A model generated the notes under the pieces. That model had not been told where the DNA came from. It searched no databases and was given only the letters and a program-made list of their open reading frames with translations. Of a stretch of 64,000 bases of DNA, positions 24,416 to 33,548 are shown in pieces (position 1 is the stretch's first letter; each line of letters starts with the position of its first letter). Source of the DNA: Meiothermus sp. (GTDB lineage: Bacteria > Deinococcota > Deinococci > Deinococcales > Thermaceae); assembly GCA_033762915.1 (NCBI GenBank), contig JANRLD010000031.1:15442-79441 (forward strand), in the 5' to 3' direction. The translations under genes were made by a program, and so were the position numbers.

Positions 24416-25441
24416 TCAGCAAATCCTCGGCAGGGGGTCGCCCACCAACATATCCACGATGCGGCTCGAGCCGTATCCGGTCAGGGCGTAGACCACGCCC
24501 GGCGAGGCCTCGGTCACGTCGCCGATCAGGGCCGCCCCCGCGCCGCCAGCCGAGCGGACAGCCTCGAGGGCCTGCTCGGCGTGGTCCGCTGCCACGATGG
24601 CCAGGAACTGCCCCTCGTTGGCGATGTGCAGCGGGTCGAGGCCCAGGATTTCACAAGCCCCGCGCACCTCATCGCGGACGGGGATGTGGTCTTCGTGGAG
24701 CCTGAGGCCGAGCCGGGCGTCCCTGGCCAGTTCGTTGAGCGAGGTCGCCACGCCGCCCCGGGTGGGGTCGCGCATCCAGCGCAGGCCGGGGGCCACCGAC
24801 TCGATCAGCGCCTCCACCATCGGCCAGACCGAGCGGGTGTCGGAGGTGAGGTCGGCCTCCAGGTCCAGCTCGCCGCGGGCCAAGAGAATGGTGATGCCGT
24901 GGTCGCCGATCGGCCCAGAAAGCAGCACCCGGTCGCCCGGTCGCACCGAGGCCGCCGATAGCGAGACCCGGCCGTCCACCAGCCCAATCCCGCTGGTGCT
25001 GATGTAGAGCCCGTCGGCCTTGCCGTGCTCGACCACCTTGGTGTCGCCGCCGACGACGCTTACCCCGGCCTTCTGCGCAGCCCGCTGCATGGCCTCGAGT
25101 TCGTCTTGCAGGATTTGGGCCGGGAGCCCCGCCTCCAGAATCAGCGTCGAGAGCAGCGCCACGGGCTTCGCGCCCGAGACGGCCAGATCGTTGACGGTGC
25201 CGTTGACCGCCAGTTCCCCGATCGAGCCGCCGGGAAAGCGCAGCGGCTTGACCACGAAGCTGTCGGCGGTGAGGGCCAAGGGCAAGCCGCCCAGGTTGAG
25301 CAGGGCGGCGTCCTCGAGGGTCGGGTTGCCCAGCAGGGGCGCAATCAGCCCTTCCACCAAACGGCGGCTGGCCTTGCCCCCCGCGCCGTGGGCGAGTTCG
25401 ATTTGGGTGTCTTTGAAGCGGATGACGGGGGGTTTGGTCAT
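24416..25441 (-). CDS. hypE: Hydrogenase maturation protein HypE
   Basis: HGAGG, DSFVV, GTVNDL, GGDTKVV, RDPTRGG, ANEG, C-terminal PRIC. Confidence 0.97.
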   Translation of the reverse strand: MTKPPVIRFKDTQIELAHGAGGKASRRLVEGLIAPLLGNPTLEDAALLNLGGLPLALTADSFVVKPLRFPGGSIGELAVNGTVNDLAVSGAKPVALLSTLILEAGLPAQILQDELEAMQRAAQKAGVSVVGGDTKVVEHGKADGLYISTSGIGLVDGRVSLSAASVRPGDRVLLSGPIGDHGITILLARGELDLEADLTSDTRSVWPMVEALIESVAPGLRWMRDPTRGGVATSLNELARDARLGLRLHEDHIPVRDEVRGACEILGLDPLHIANEGQFLAIVAADHAEQALEAVRSAGGAGAALIGDVTEASPGVVYALTGYGSSRIVDMLVGDPLPRIC

Positions 25442-25542
25442 AGGTGTCTTTCGCCGCGAGGGCGGGTGCTCCTGGCGGGCGCGGCGGCCCCGTTTCCCGG
25501 GTGCCGCCTGCGGGTCGGCTCAGGGTGTCACGGTCTGTCTGC

Positions 25543-25548
25543 ATTATA
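25543..25548 (-). promoter_or_regulatory. Putative -10 box upstream of hypE
   Basis: TATAAT on the minus strand in GC-rich intergenic DNA. Confidence 0.4.
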
Positions 25549-25712
25549 GCGAGGGACGGCCTTACTGGAGAGCGTCCAGGGGAGGGTTAGCGGGTCGCGG
25601 CTGCCTCGAGCGGTAGACCGAGGCCCGGCCGAGCACGCCCGGGGGCCGGGGGGCAAGAAAGCCGCCCCCAGGTCTGGGGGCGGCGGGCACAGTTCGCGCC
25701 TCAGCGCCCGCA

Positions 25713-26411
25713 TTAACGGGCGTTGGCGAGCTTCAGGCGCATTTCGTAGACTTCACGGGCCTGGGTCGCGGCGATGTCGGCAGCCAGCTTGAGGACGGCC
25801 GGGTTCTGGGCCTTTTGCAGCGCCAGGGTGGCCATCTCGATGGCCTGCACGTGGTGGGGGATCATGGCCTCGATAAACGCTCGCTCGGGGCTCGAGGCGG
25901 GCGCGGCGGTGTGGCCCATGTGGCTCATGGCCTGGGTCATGACCCGCTGGGCGGCCAGGTTGGTGCCCCCCAAGGCGCTCAGCAGGGTGCGCATCTGGGC
26001 GATCTCGCGCTCCTGGTCGCGGATGATGGCGTTGGCCCAGCCCCGCAGCTGCGCGTCCTGGGTCTTGGTCAGGATGTCGCGGGCCATGGTCACGGCGGCG
26101 CGGTGGTGGGGGATCATCATCGAGAGGAAGGCCTGCTCGAAGGGGGCGCCCTCGAGCATACCCAGGCCCTGCCCCATCATGCCCATCATGCCCATCTGGC
26201 CCATCTGGCCCATCTGGCCCATCATGCCCTGCATCATCGGCATCATCTGCGGCATGTTCATGCCCTGCTGGCCCTGGCCCATCGGCATCATGCCGGGCTG
26301 GCTCATGGGCATCTGGGACGCGGGGGCGCCGGCGGGGTGGTGGTTTTGATGGTTGGTCTGGGCCAGGGCCAGTCCGGCCAGGGCGACGAAGAGAACTAGG
26401 AGTTGTTTCAT
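25713..26411 (-). CDS. Exported Met/His-rich DUF305 (CopM-like) metal-binding protein
   Basis: Signal peptide; long M/Q/G-rich linker; two MIPHH..A..MA repeats. Confidence 0.9.
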   Translation of the reverse strand: MKQLLVLFVALAGLALAQTNHQNHHPAGAPASQMPMSQPGMMPMGQGQQGMNMPQMMPMMQGMMGQMGQMGQMGMMGMMGQGLGMLEGAPFEQAFLSMMIPHHRAAVTMARDILTKTQDAQLRGWANAIIRDQEREIAQMRTLLSALGGTNLAAQRVMTQAMSHMGHTAAPASSPERAFIEAMIPHHVQAIEMATLALQKAQNPAVLKLAADIAATQAREVYEMRLKLANAR

Positions 26412-26466
26412 AGGTTTTTCCTCGGCTATGGGTATTTGAAGGCGAATTGCAGCGAACGCCTGCTCC

Positions 26467-26493
26467 CGGCTCGAGGGACGCTCCCTCGAGCCG
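26467..26493. promoter_or_regulatory. Perfect 12-bp hairpin between the leader ORF and the DUF305 gene
   Basis: CGGCTCGAGGGA-cgc-TCCCTCGAGCCG. Confidence 0.6.
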
Positions 26494-26501
26494 CATGCCC
26501 C

Positions 26502-26873
26502 TCAGGCTCTTGGGGGCGGGGTCGGGACGAGACTCACCACCGACCGGAAAATGGTCTGCGAATTGGGGGAATAGGGCGCCCGCCCCAACGGGGGGATCAG
26601 CCGCACAGCCTGAGCGGGGAGGAAGTGGGAGGTGGCGAAGACGCAGAGGATCTGGGCCTCGTGACAGCAGTTCGCGCTCCCGTCAGACAGGTCGGCGGAT
26701 GCGGGTTGATGAATTCCGCCGGATGAACTCGAGCCCACGTGCAGGTGAACCGCCTCGAGGGGCAGGGGGCCGACCCCCCGCACGTAGGCAGGCGGGGTCA
26801 GGGCCGAGCCCAGCAGCAACAGCACCCACACCCAGAGGATGGGCACATAGCGGCGCAGGCGTAGGGCGGACAT
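26502..26873 (-). CDS. Putative metal-sensing leader/arrest peptide (CutF/CruR/DUF2946-like)
   Basis: Hydrophobic N-terminal signal, HLH and CCHEAQILC ligands, C-terminal PTPPPRA, directly upstream of the DUF305 gene. Confidence 0.6.
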   Translation of the reverse strand: MSALRLRRYVPILWVWVLLLLGSALTPPAYVRGVGPLPLEAVHLHVGSSSSGGIHQPASADLSDGSANCCHEAQILCVFATSHFLPAQAVRLIPPLGRAPYSPNSQTIFRSVVSLVPTPPPRA

Positions 26874-26930
26874 TGGTCACCCCGCAGCCTAGCAAGGGCG
26901 GAGGGCTGGAGGTAGTGACATTCCTCCTTA

Positions 26931-27150
26931 GCGCGGCTCCCACCATTACCTCCCTCGCGGCAGCAGGCAATGTACTTCCTATCGCGTTTCCCACCACTAC
27001 TCCGCCCACGGTGCGGCGCTAAAGCGTGCGCTAAAGCGGAGTAGTGCACTCGGTACGGCAAAAACCGCCCTACCGAGTGTTCGTGGCAACCGCTCTAGAG
27101 CAAAAACCGCCCGCTTTAGCGCCGTAGGGAGTATGCGCGGGAACCGCTCT
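26931..27150 (-). repeat. Composite family-2 repeat cluster
   Basis: Reverse copies: CCCACCATTACCTCCCTCGCGG, AACCGCTCTAGAGC, GTAGGGAGTATGCGCGGGAACCGCTCT. Confidence 0.7.
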
Positions 27151-28265
27151 CAATCGCCCGACACCAGCTCGGCGCGGTGGACGTAGTTGTAGTAGGCGGC
27201 GCAGGCCCCCTCGCTCGAGACCATCAAGGCCCCCACCGGCCGCTCGGGGGTGCACTCCTTGCCAAACAGCTTGCACTGCGGCGGCTTAAGCACACCCTTC
27301 AAGACCTCGCCGCACTGGGCGGCCTTGGGGTCGGTGACGCGCACGCCCTCCACGGTGAAGCGGGCCTCGGCGTCCCACTGGGCGTACTCCGGGCGCAGCT
27401 TGAGCGCCGACTGCGAGATGAAGCCCAGCCCGCGCCACTCGAAGTAGGGGCGCAGCTCGAAGACCTGCGCCATCGCCCCCAGCGCCGCCAGGTTGCCGTT
27501 CCAGGGCACCACCCGCTCGTACTGGTTCTCCACCTCGGCACGGCCCTCGTTCATCTGGCGCAGCAGCAGCACCAGCCCCTGCAGCAGGTCGAGCGGCTCG
27601 AAGCCCGAGGTCACCACCGGCTTGCCGTACTCCTTGGCCACAAACTCATAGGGCCGGCAGCCGATCACTGTGGAGACGTGCCCCGGCCCAATGAAGCCGT
27701 CGAGGCGCATGTCCGGGGAGTCCAGGATGGCCCGCATGGCCGGGACGATGGTGACGTGGTTGCAGAAGACGGTGAAATTCTCGATCCCGAGCGCCTTGGC
27801 CCGCTTGAGCGTGAGGGCGGTGGAGGGCGCGGTGGTTTCGAACCCGATGGCGAAGAAGACCACCTGCCGATCAGGGTTCTTCTCGGCCAGCTTGAGCGCG
27901 TCCAGGGGCGAGTAGACCATGCGGACGTCGGCGCCCTTGGCTTTCATCTCCAGGGGCGTGCCCATCTGCCCCGGGACGCGCATCATGTCGCCGAAGGCGG
28001 TGAGGATCACGTTGGGGTCCTGGGCCAGCTTGAGGCCGTCGTCCACCCGGCCCATCGGCAGCACGCAGACCGGGCAGCCGGGGCCATGAACGAGCTCGAG
28101 ATTTGCCGGCAGCAGGTCCTGCAGGCCGAAGCGGTAGATGGAGTGGGTGTGCCCGCCGCAGACCTCCATCACGCGGTAGTGGCGGGCGGGGTCGGCGAGG
28201 CGGCGGATCTCCTCCGCCGCCCTCTCGATCAACCTGGGGTCGCGGAACTCGTCGACGTACTTCAT
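27150..28265 (-). CDS. hypD: Hydrogenase maturation protein HypD
   Basis: MEVCGGHT, GPGCPVC, GFETTAP, PGHVS, CKLFGKECTP, MVSSEGAC. Confidence 0.98.
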   Translation of the reverse strand: MKYVDEFRDPRLIERAAEEIRRLADPARHYRVMEVCGGHTHSIYRFGLQDLLPANLELVHGPGCPVCVLPMGRVDDGLKLAQDPNVILTAFGDMMRVPGQMGTPLEMKAKGADVRMVYSPLDALKLAEKNPDRQVVFFAIGFETTAPSTALTLKRAKALGIENFTVFCNHVTIVPAMRAILDSPDMRLDGFIGPGHVSTVIGCRPYEFVAKEYGKPVVTSGFEPLDLLQGLVLLLRQMNEGRAEVENQYERVVPWNGNLAALGAMAQVFELRPYFEWRGLGFISQSALKLRPEYAQWDAEARFTVEGVRVTDPKAAQCGEVLKGVLKPPQCKLFGKECTPERPVGALMVSSEGACAAYYNYVHRAELVSGD

Positions 28266-28504
28266 GCAGGCTCCTCCAGCCTCGAGATCGCCACGCCCAT
28301 GTGGACCAGGAGCGCGTCGCCCACCCTCGCCTCGGGGAAGAAGTCGATAGCGACCGTCGCCTGACGGCCCAAGCGGTCTTCCACTACCGCGTCGCCGCCC
28401 AAGATCTCGAGCACTTCGACCGGTACCGCCACGTCGCCGCAGGTGCTGCAGCCGTCCTGGTCGAGGGTGCAGCTCCCGTAGAACTCCAGGTCAACCTTTG
28501 GCAT
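28262..28504 (-). CDS. HypC-like chaperone with N-terminal C-x6-CxxC extension
   Basis: CTLDQDGCSTCGD then VGDALLVHMGVAI HypC signature. Confidence 0.8.
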   Translation of the reverse strand: MPKVDLEFYGSCTLDQDGCSTCGDVAVPVEVLEILGGDAVVEDRLGRQATVAIDFFPEARVGDALLVHMGVAISRLEEPA

Positions 28505-28790
28505 GGGGACTTCGCTCCTCCTCGGCGAACTGGTAGCCCTGAAGCTCCTCGAGGGCCGCCTCGGCCTCGCCCAACATGGTCATAAACTTAATCTGATCCT
28601 GGGCCTCCTGCTCGCTGATCTTGCTCATGGCGAAACCGACGTGGATCAGCACCCACTCGCCCACCTCCACCCGCTCCTCCGCGAGCAGATCCATGTTGAC
28701 CTGCCGCCGCACGCCCGAGACCTCGACGGTGGCGAAGTGGCGGAACTCGTCCTGAAACCCTACGACCTTACCCGGTATGGCAAGACACAC
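28491..28790 (-). CDS. hypC: Hydrogenase chaperone HypC
   Basis: MCLAIPG, VGEWVLIHVGFAMSKI. Confidence 0.96.
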   Translation of the reverse strand: MCLAIPGKVVGFQDEFRHFATVEVSGVRRQVNMDLLAEERVEVGEWVLIHVGFAMSKISEQEAQDQIKFMTMLGEAEAALEELQGYQFAEEERSPHAKG

Positions 28791-28847
28791 AGCCGCGACC
28801 TCCCTGGAATTGCTACGAATTTATCATACCCGAATCAGGCCAGGGCC

Positions 28848-29108
28848 TAGGTGTCTGCGTTAATTGCGAGACGCCGCCCCAGCCGATCCGGCAAAGACCC
28901 TGGCGCAACTTAAGTGTCTGCATAGTTGCAATGCGAACTATCGCCCCCCAGCTCCCGCAGGGAATTGCGCCTCGGGTAGCCGCTCCGCGGCTATGGCGCA
29001 CGCCACTCCGCCTCGGGTAGCCGCTCTGCGGCTATGGCGTACGCCACTCCGCCCCGGCACATATTTGCCGCTTCCGCCGATTCTGCACTTCTACCCTGGC
29101 GCAACGTA
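28848..29108 (-). mobile_element. Two tandem family-1 MITE-like elements (short 28848-28912; long 28911-29108 with two 41-bp units)
   Basis: Junction GCGCAACTTAAGTGTCTG shares TA; internal CTCGGGTAGCCGCT.CGCGGCTATGGCG.ACGCCACTCCGC x2. Confidence 0.75.
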
Positions 29109-29164
29109 GCACCGCTGAGGTGGGCCGAATGTCCTGCTCGGCGGCAGGGTGTTAGACTCAGACC

Positions 29165-29971
29165 GTGGCGCAAGGGGCGAGAAGGGTGGGGGATTTGCTG
29201 GGCCAGGCGCTCAAGAAGAACGGCCTCGAGCGTGGCCTGAAGCGGGGCAAGGCCCTGCTGCTGTGGCCTGATATCGCGGGGCCTGCGCTTTCGGAGTGGA
29301 CGGAGGCCGATCGCCTGGAGGACGGGGTGCTGTTCGTCAAGACCCGCGACGCGGTGGTGAACCACCAGCTCACCTACATGCGCGGGGAGTTCGTGCGGCG
29401 CTACGCCGAAAAGCTGCCCGGCGCGGTGCGGGAGATCCGCTTCCAGGTGGGGGAGCTGTACCCCAAGCCCAGGCCAGGGCCGGAGGCCGCGCCGCTGCCC
29501 AAGCTCTCCGGCGAGGAGGAAACCCAGGTGCGCCTGCTTGCCAGCCAAGCCCCACAGGAGCTGCAAGGAGTGATCGCCGGCGCCGCCAAGGCCGTCAAGC
29601 GGCGGCAGAAGGACAGCCCGCACCCCCTGTGTGTGGTGTGCGGGGCGCCGAGCGCCCAGAACCCCTGCCCCGGCTGCCGACGCCTGCTGGGCGACCCGGC
29701 GGTGCTGAACGAGGCCAAGCGTCTGCTGCGCCACCCCCTGAAGCCCCGCCTCGAGGGCGAGCCCCTGAGCGCAGCGAGGTACATCGCCCAGGGTCGGCTC
29801 GAGGCCCAGATGCGCGACCTGCTGCCCGAGGTGGTGCAACACTCCGAGCTGTTCCCCGTCCTGCAGGACACCGCCCGGCGCTACCTCCAGCTCCGCACCG
29901 GCGAGAAGGACGTGGCCAAGCACCGGGCACTGCTACCGCCGACGCTGCAATCGCTGCTGCGCGAACTCTAA
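29165..29971 (+). CDS. DUF721/DciA-like protein with Zn ribbon
   Basis: WPDIAG...DGVLFV...EIRF N-domain; CVVC..CPGC; TAGACT 6 nt before GTG. Confidence 0.75.
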   Translation: MAQGARRVGDLLGQALKKNGLERGLKRGKALLLWPDIAGPALSEWTEADRLEDGVLFVKTRDAVVNHQLTYMRGEFVRRYAEKLPGAVREIRFQVGELYPKPRPGPEAAPLPKLSGEEETQVRLLASQAPQELQGVIAGAAKAVKRRQKDSPHPLCVVCGAPSAQNPCPGCRRLLGDPAVLNEAKRLLRHPLKPRLEGEPLSAARYIAQGRLEAQMRDLLPEVVQHSELFPVLQDTARRYLQLRTGEKDVAKHRALLPPTLQSLLREL

Positions 29972-31161
29972 AGTTCGTCGGCGTGGGAACCCCTCGAGGC
30001 CGGACTGCTAAACCAGCGCACCGCCCCAAACAGCATAAAACCTAGGTTAATCAGAACCAGCGCTCCCAGTAATAGGCTGACGCTGGGCTTTAAGAAACCC
30101 AGTCCAAGCGCCAAAACCGCTGCTCCTAGCATGACCGGAATGCTCAGGGTGTCCTCAATCACCACGGTTTTCTCGGCCTCGAGGGTCCAAATTAATAACG
30201 CCATCGCGGCCAGCACCGCCGCATACGAACCCAGCAAAATCCAGCGGGCGGTGTCTTCAAGCGACCCACCTTTGAGGCCTACCATGTGCACCAGCACGGC
30301 TGCCAAGGCCGTAATGCCCGCCAGTAGGAAAAAGTGCGCGTAGCTCCAGGTCATGCGCCGCGCCAGCACCGCCGCCGGAGGACGGCGGGCAATGTAGTCG
30401 AAGTAGATCCACCACAACCCAAAAATCAGCAGCATTCCCAGGCCAAAGCGCAGGGCAGCGGCTGCGTTGATGGTTTTGGCATCGGTAAAGCCATTAATCA
30501 CCCCCAACAGCCCCTCGCCCAAAACGATAATCGCAAACAAGCCAAAGCGCTCGGTAATTTTGGCGGTGGAGAGCCGGGGCAGGTTCTTTTGGATTCGCAG
30601 GGTGGTGGCGGGGGTAATTAGATCAACGGCCAAGCCCAGCAGTTTGAGCGCTAGGCTTAGCGGCCCCTCCACAAAAATGCTCAACACCCATAGCCCAGCC
30701 CCAATCGAAAAACCAGCCACAAAGCGGTTGGTGAGCGGGCGGGCGATGGGATTGTGCCGCCCACCCCGCCACCACATGGCAATAATGATCAGGCGGGCCG
30801 CCACGTAACTCCAGGCGAAGGCATCGGCGCTTTTGTCCAGTCCGCCTTCGATAAAGACGGCCATGCTCGAGGCGGCCAGAATCTGCAGAAACACAAAGAA
30901 GCGGTAGGAAACATCGTGGGTCTCAAAGCGGTCGTTGTAGATGGTGCCGCCTACCCAAACCCAAAACACCGGCAAAAACAAAAACAAATACTCCAGCACC
31001 CCGCTGGCCTCGAGGTGGTAGCCCAGGTAGTGGGCCAACCGGGCGATAATCACCACAAACACCAGATCGTAGAACAGCTCGAGCCAGCTCACCTTGCGTT
31101 CGTGGCCTTCGGTTTCTTGGTGCAGTTTGGGGGCCTGCCACCACACCCTAAAGTTGTTCAT
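29968..31161 (-). CDS. Low temperature requirement protein A family membrane protein
   Basis: RKVSWLELFYDLVFV, ERFGLFAIIVLGE, LWWIYF. Confidence 0.9.
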   Translation of the reverse strand: MNNFRVWWQAPKLHQETEGHERKVSWLELFYDLVFVVIIARLAHYLGYHLEASGVLEYLFLFLPVFWVWVGGTIYNDRFETHDVSYRFFVFLQILAASSMAVFIEGGLDKSADAFAWSYVAARLIIIAMWWRGGRHNPIARPLTNRFVAGFSIGAGLWVLSIFVEGPLSLALKLLGLAVDLITPATTLRIQKNLPRLSTAKITERFGLFAIIVLGEGLLGVINGFTDAKTINAAAALRFGLGMLLIFGLWWIYFDYIARRPPAAVLARRMTWSYAHFFLLAGITALAAVLVHMVGLKGGSLEDTARWILLGSYAAVLAAMALLIWTLEAEKTVVIEDTLSIPVMLGAAVLALGLGFLKPSVSLLLGALVLINLGFMLFGAVRWFSSPASRGSHADEL

Positions 31162-31164
31162 GCT

Positions 31165-31752
31165 TTACCCTTGTAGAATTCTGAAGGCAAAATTGCGCCC
31201 AATAGCCCGCGTCAGGCCCACCCAGGCCCGCGCCACCGCCTCCAGCGCCGCCGAGCTCGAGAGCGGCCCCGCATCCAGCGGCTCGAAGCCCAGTTCCTGG
31301 GCCAGCCGGGCCACGGTCTGTTTGGCCTCGGCATCGTTGCCGGCCAGCAGCATGGTGGGTTTCTCGGCGAAGGCGGGTGCGTCCATGTGCTCAAAGCCGA
31401 TGGTGTTGAAGGCCTTGACCACTCTGACCCCGGGCACCAGTGCGGCCAGTTCTTCGCCCGCGCTCTTGTCGAAGCTGCCAAAGCGGTTGGTGGCATCAAT
31501 CAGGATTTTGCCCTCAAGGCCCTTCAATCCGCCCAGCACCTCGGGCAGGATGTTCCAGGGCAGCGCCACCACCAAAACCTCGGCGCCGTGTACGGTCTCT
31601 TGAACCGAGCGCACTTGCGCCCCCGCCGCCAGCAACTCCGCTCGAGGGTTGAGGGGGTCGCGGCTGGAGAACACCACCGCGTGGCCCCGTTTGGCCAGCC
31701 CTATCCCGATGGCCCCACCCACCTTGCCCGAGCCGATAATCCCGACCTTCAC
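31165..31752 (-). CDS. NADPH-dependent F420 reductase family oxidoreductase
   Basis: GIIGSGKVG, IDATN, VVKAFNT, DAGPL; GTGA overlap with upstream stop. Confidence 0.88.
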   Translation of the reverse strand: MKVGIIGSGKVGGAIGIGLAKRGHAVVFSSRDPLNPRAELLAAGAQVRSVQETVHGAEVLVVALPWNILPEVLGGLKGLEGKILIDATNRFGSFDKSAGEELAALVPGVRVVKAFNTIGFEHMDAPAFAEKPTMLLAGNDAEAKQTVARLAQELGFEPLDAGPLSSSAALEAVARAWVGLTRAIGRNFAFRILQG

Positions 31753-32591
31753 AGCCACTCCTCCCTGTGGTCTTGGACGTAGCGCTCGAGGCCGATCGGC
31801 TCGCGGCCCAGCAGCTCCTGCACGGTGGGCACCGCCTCCTCTGTCCAGCCTGCCCGCACCCCGCCGTAGAGCCAGCTCATGGTTTCCATCACCTCCACCG
31901 GCCACTGCTCGGCGGCGGCCTGGGCGCGGAACTCCTGGTCGGTCAGGGCCTTGTAGGTCACGGGCTTGCCGGTGGCCCGGCTGATGGCGGCGGCCACTTC
32001 GTCGCGGCTGTGGGCAACGGCTCCAGTAAGTGCGTAGGCTTTGCCGTGGTGTCCGTCCTCGGTCAGGGCCTTGACCGCAACTGCCGCAATGTCGCGGGTG
32101 TCGATAAAGCTGGTGCGCCCGTCGGCAGAGGCTTCGATGATTGATCCCGCCTGGCGGATGTACTCGCGCTGCCCGGTGTTGTAGTTCTGGAAAAACCAGG
32201 TCGGGCGCAGCAGGGTGTACTCGAGGCCGCTGGCCTCAATGTGCTTTTCGATTTGGCGCAGCAGCACATCGCTATTCTCGACCCCCTTGGCCGACAGCTG
32301 TACCACCCGCCTCACCCCTGCGGCCTTAGCCAGATCCACCACCCGACTCACCTGTTCAAAGGGCAGGGTTCCGGGGAACGCCAGGTACAGCGCATCCACA
32401 CCGCTGAGGGCTGCTTGCACACTCAAGGCATCCGCAAAATCGAAATGAATCACCTCAGCCCCTAAAGCTTTTAAGCCTTCGGCTTTGGCGGGGTTGTGTA
32501 CGCCGGCCCGAACCGAAACGCCTTTAGACAAGAGTTGCTTAACCACTTCGTTGCCGACTTTTCCGTTGGGGGTGGTGACCAAAACTTTCAT
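31749..32591 (-). CDS. NmrA-like/SDR NAD(P)H-binding oxidoreductase
   Basis: VLVTTPNGKVG, YTLLRPTWFFQN, IDTRDIA. Confidence 0.88.
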   Translation of the reverse strand: MKVLVTTPNGKVGNEVVKQLLSKGVSVRAGVHNPAKAEGLKALGAEVIHFDFADALSVQAALSGVDALYLAFPGTLPFEQVSRVVDLAKAAGVRRVVQLSAKGVENSDVLLRQIEKHIEASGLEYTLLRPTWFFQNYNTGQREYIRQAGSIIEASADGRTSFIDTRDIAAVAVKALTEDGHHGKAYALTGAVAHSRDEVAAAISRATGKPVTYKALTDQEFRAQAAAEQWPVEVMETMSWLYGGVRAGWTEEAVPTVQELLGREPIGLERYVQDHREEWL

Positions 32592-32665
32592 GGGTATGAG
32601 CCTATGCCGCTTACGCACCGTTGGTCAAGTACATACTTTTTGGTGCGTATAGTATAACTATAGTC

Positions 32666-33046
32666 ATGGCCCCCTACCCCGCCAACGTGCTCAACGATTT
32701 CTGTCCCTCGAGGCAGGTCATTGCGATGATCGCCGACAAGTGGAGCATCCTGATCCTGTGGGCGCTGCACCAGAACGGCAGGCTGCGCTACGGGCAACTC
32801 CAGCGCACCGTGCAGGGCATCTCACAAAAGATGCTGACCCAGACCTTGCGCGAACTCGAGCGCAACGGCCTCGTCAGCCGCACCGTCTACGAGGTGGTGC
32901 CGCCCCAGGTCGAGTACGAGCTGACCCCGCTGGGCAAAAGCCTGCGCCAGGCGCTCTCAGGCGTCTGCAACTGGGCGCAGGACAACCTGGGGGCGGTGAT
33001 GGGGGCGCGGGAGCTGTACGACTTGGAGCAGGAGGGCCAGCCATGA
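32666..33046 (+). CDS. HxlR-family winged-helix regulator
   Basis: CP...IADKWS, GISQKMLTQTLRELE, VPPQVEYELTPLG; divergent from the oxidoreductases. Confidence 0.93.
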   Translation: MAPYPANVLNDFCPSRQVIAMIADKWSILILWALHQNGRLRYGQLQRTVQGISQKMLTQTLRELERNGLVSRTVYEVVPPQVEYELTPLGKSLRQALSGVCNWAQDNLGAVMGARELYDLEQEGQP

Positions 33047-33546
33047 ACGACGCTGAACTTCGCAAGCAGCTCACCCACCTGCTGACCGTGCGGCAAGCCC
33101 ACGTAGACTTCGAGGATGCCGTCGCCGACTTCCCCGAACAACACATCAACACCCAAGCCCAGGGCTGCCCTTACACCTTTTGGCACCTGCTCGAGCACCT
33201 GCGCCTGTGCCAGCGCGACATTCTCGATTACATCGTTTCGGACAGCTACCATTGGCCCACCTTCCCCGACGACTACTGGCCCGATTTCTCCAGCAAAGCC
33301 GACCTCGAGGACTGGAACCGGAGCGTGAAAGCCTTCCTCGAGGACCGGCAACAGCTGGTGGACCTGGTCAACAACCCCAGCGTCGACCTTTTTGCCCCCC
33401 TGCCCAACAGCGGCGAGCACCCGCACAACCTCCTGCGCGAAATCCACATCGCCGCCAGCCACAACGCCTACCACACCGGGGAACTGGTGATTTTGCGTAA
33501 GATGATGGGGTTTTGGTACGAGGTTCAAATCCCCTCAAGCGAGTAG
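33043..33546 (+). CDS. DinB-family protein
   Basis: WHLLEHL, HNAYHTGE. Confidence 0.85.
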   Translation: MNDAELRKQLTHLLTVRQAHVDFEDAVADFPEQHINTQAQGCPYTFWHLLEHLRLCQRDILDYIVSDSYHWPTFPDDYWPDFSSKADLEDWNRSVKAFLEDRQQLVDLVNNPSVDLFAPLPNSGEHPHNLLREIHIAASHNAYHTGELVILRKMMGFWYEVQIPSSE

Positions 33547-33548
33547 CT

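Noticed and set aside
26170..26310. 9-bp CCCATCTGG/CCCATCATG repeats as a DNA element
   Set aside because: They encode the MGQ/MGM linker of the DUF305 protein.
28960..29060. 41-bp repeats as a CRISPR array
   Set aside because: The units are directly tandem with no unique spacers, there are only two copies, no cas genes are present, and they sit inside a dispersed element.
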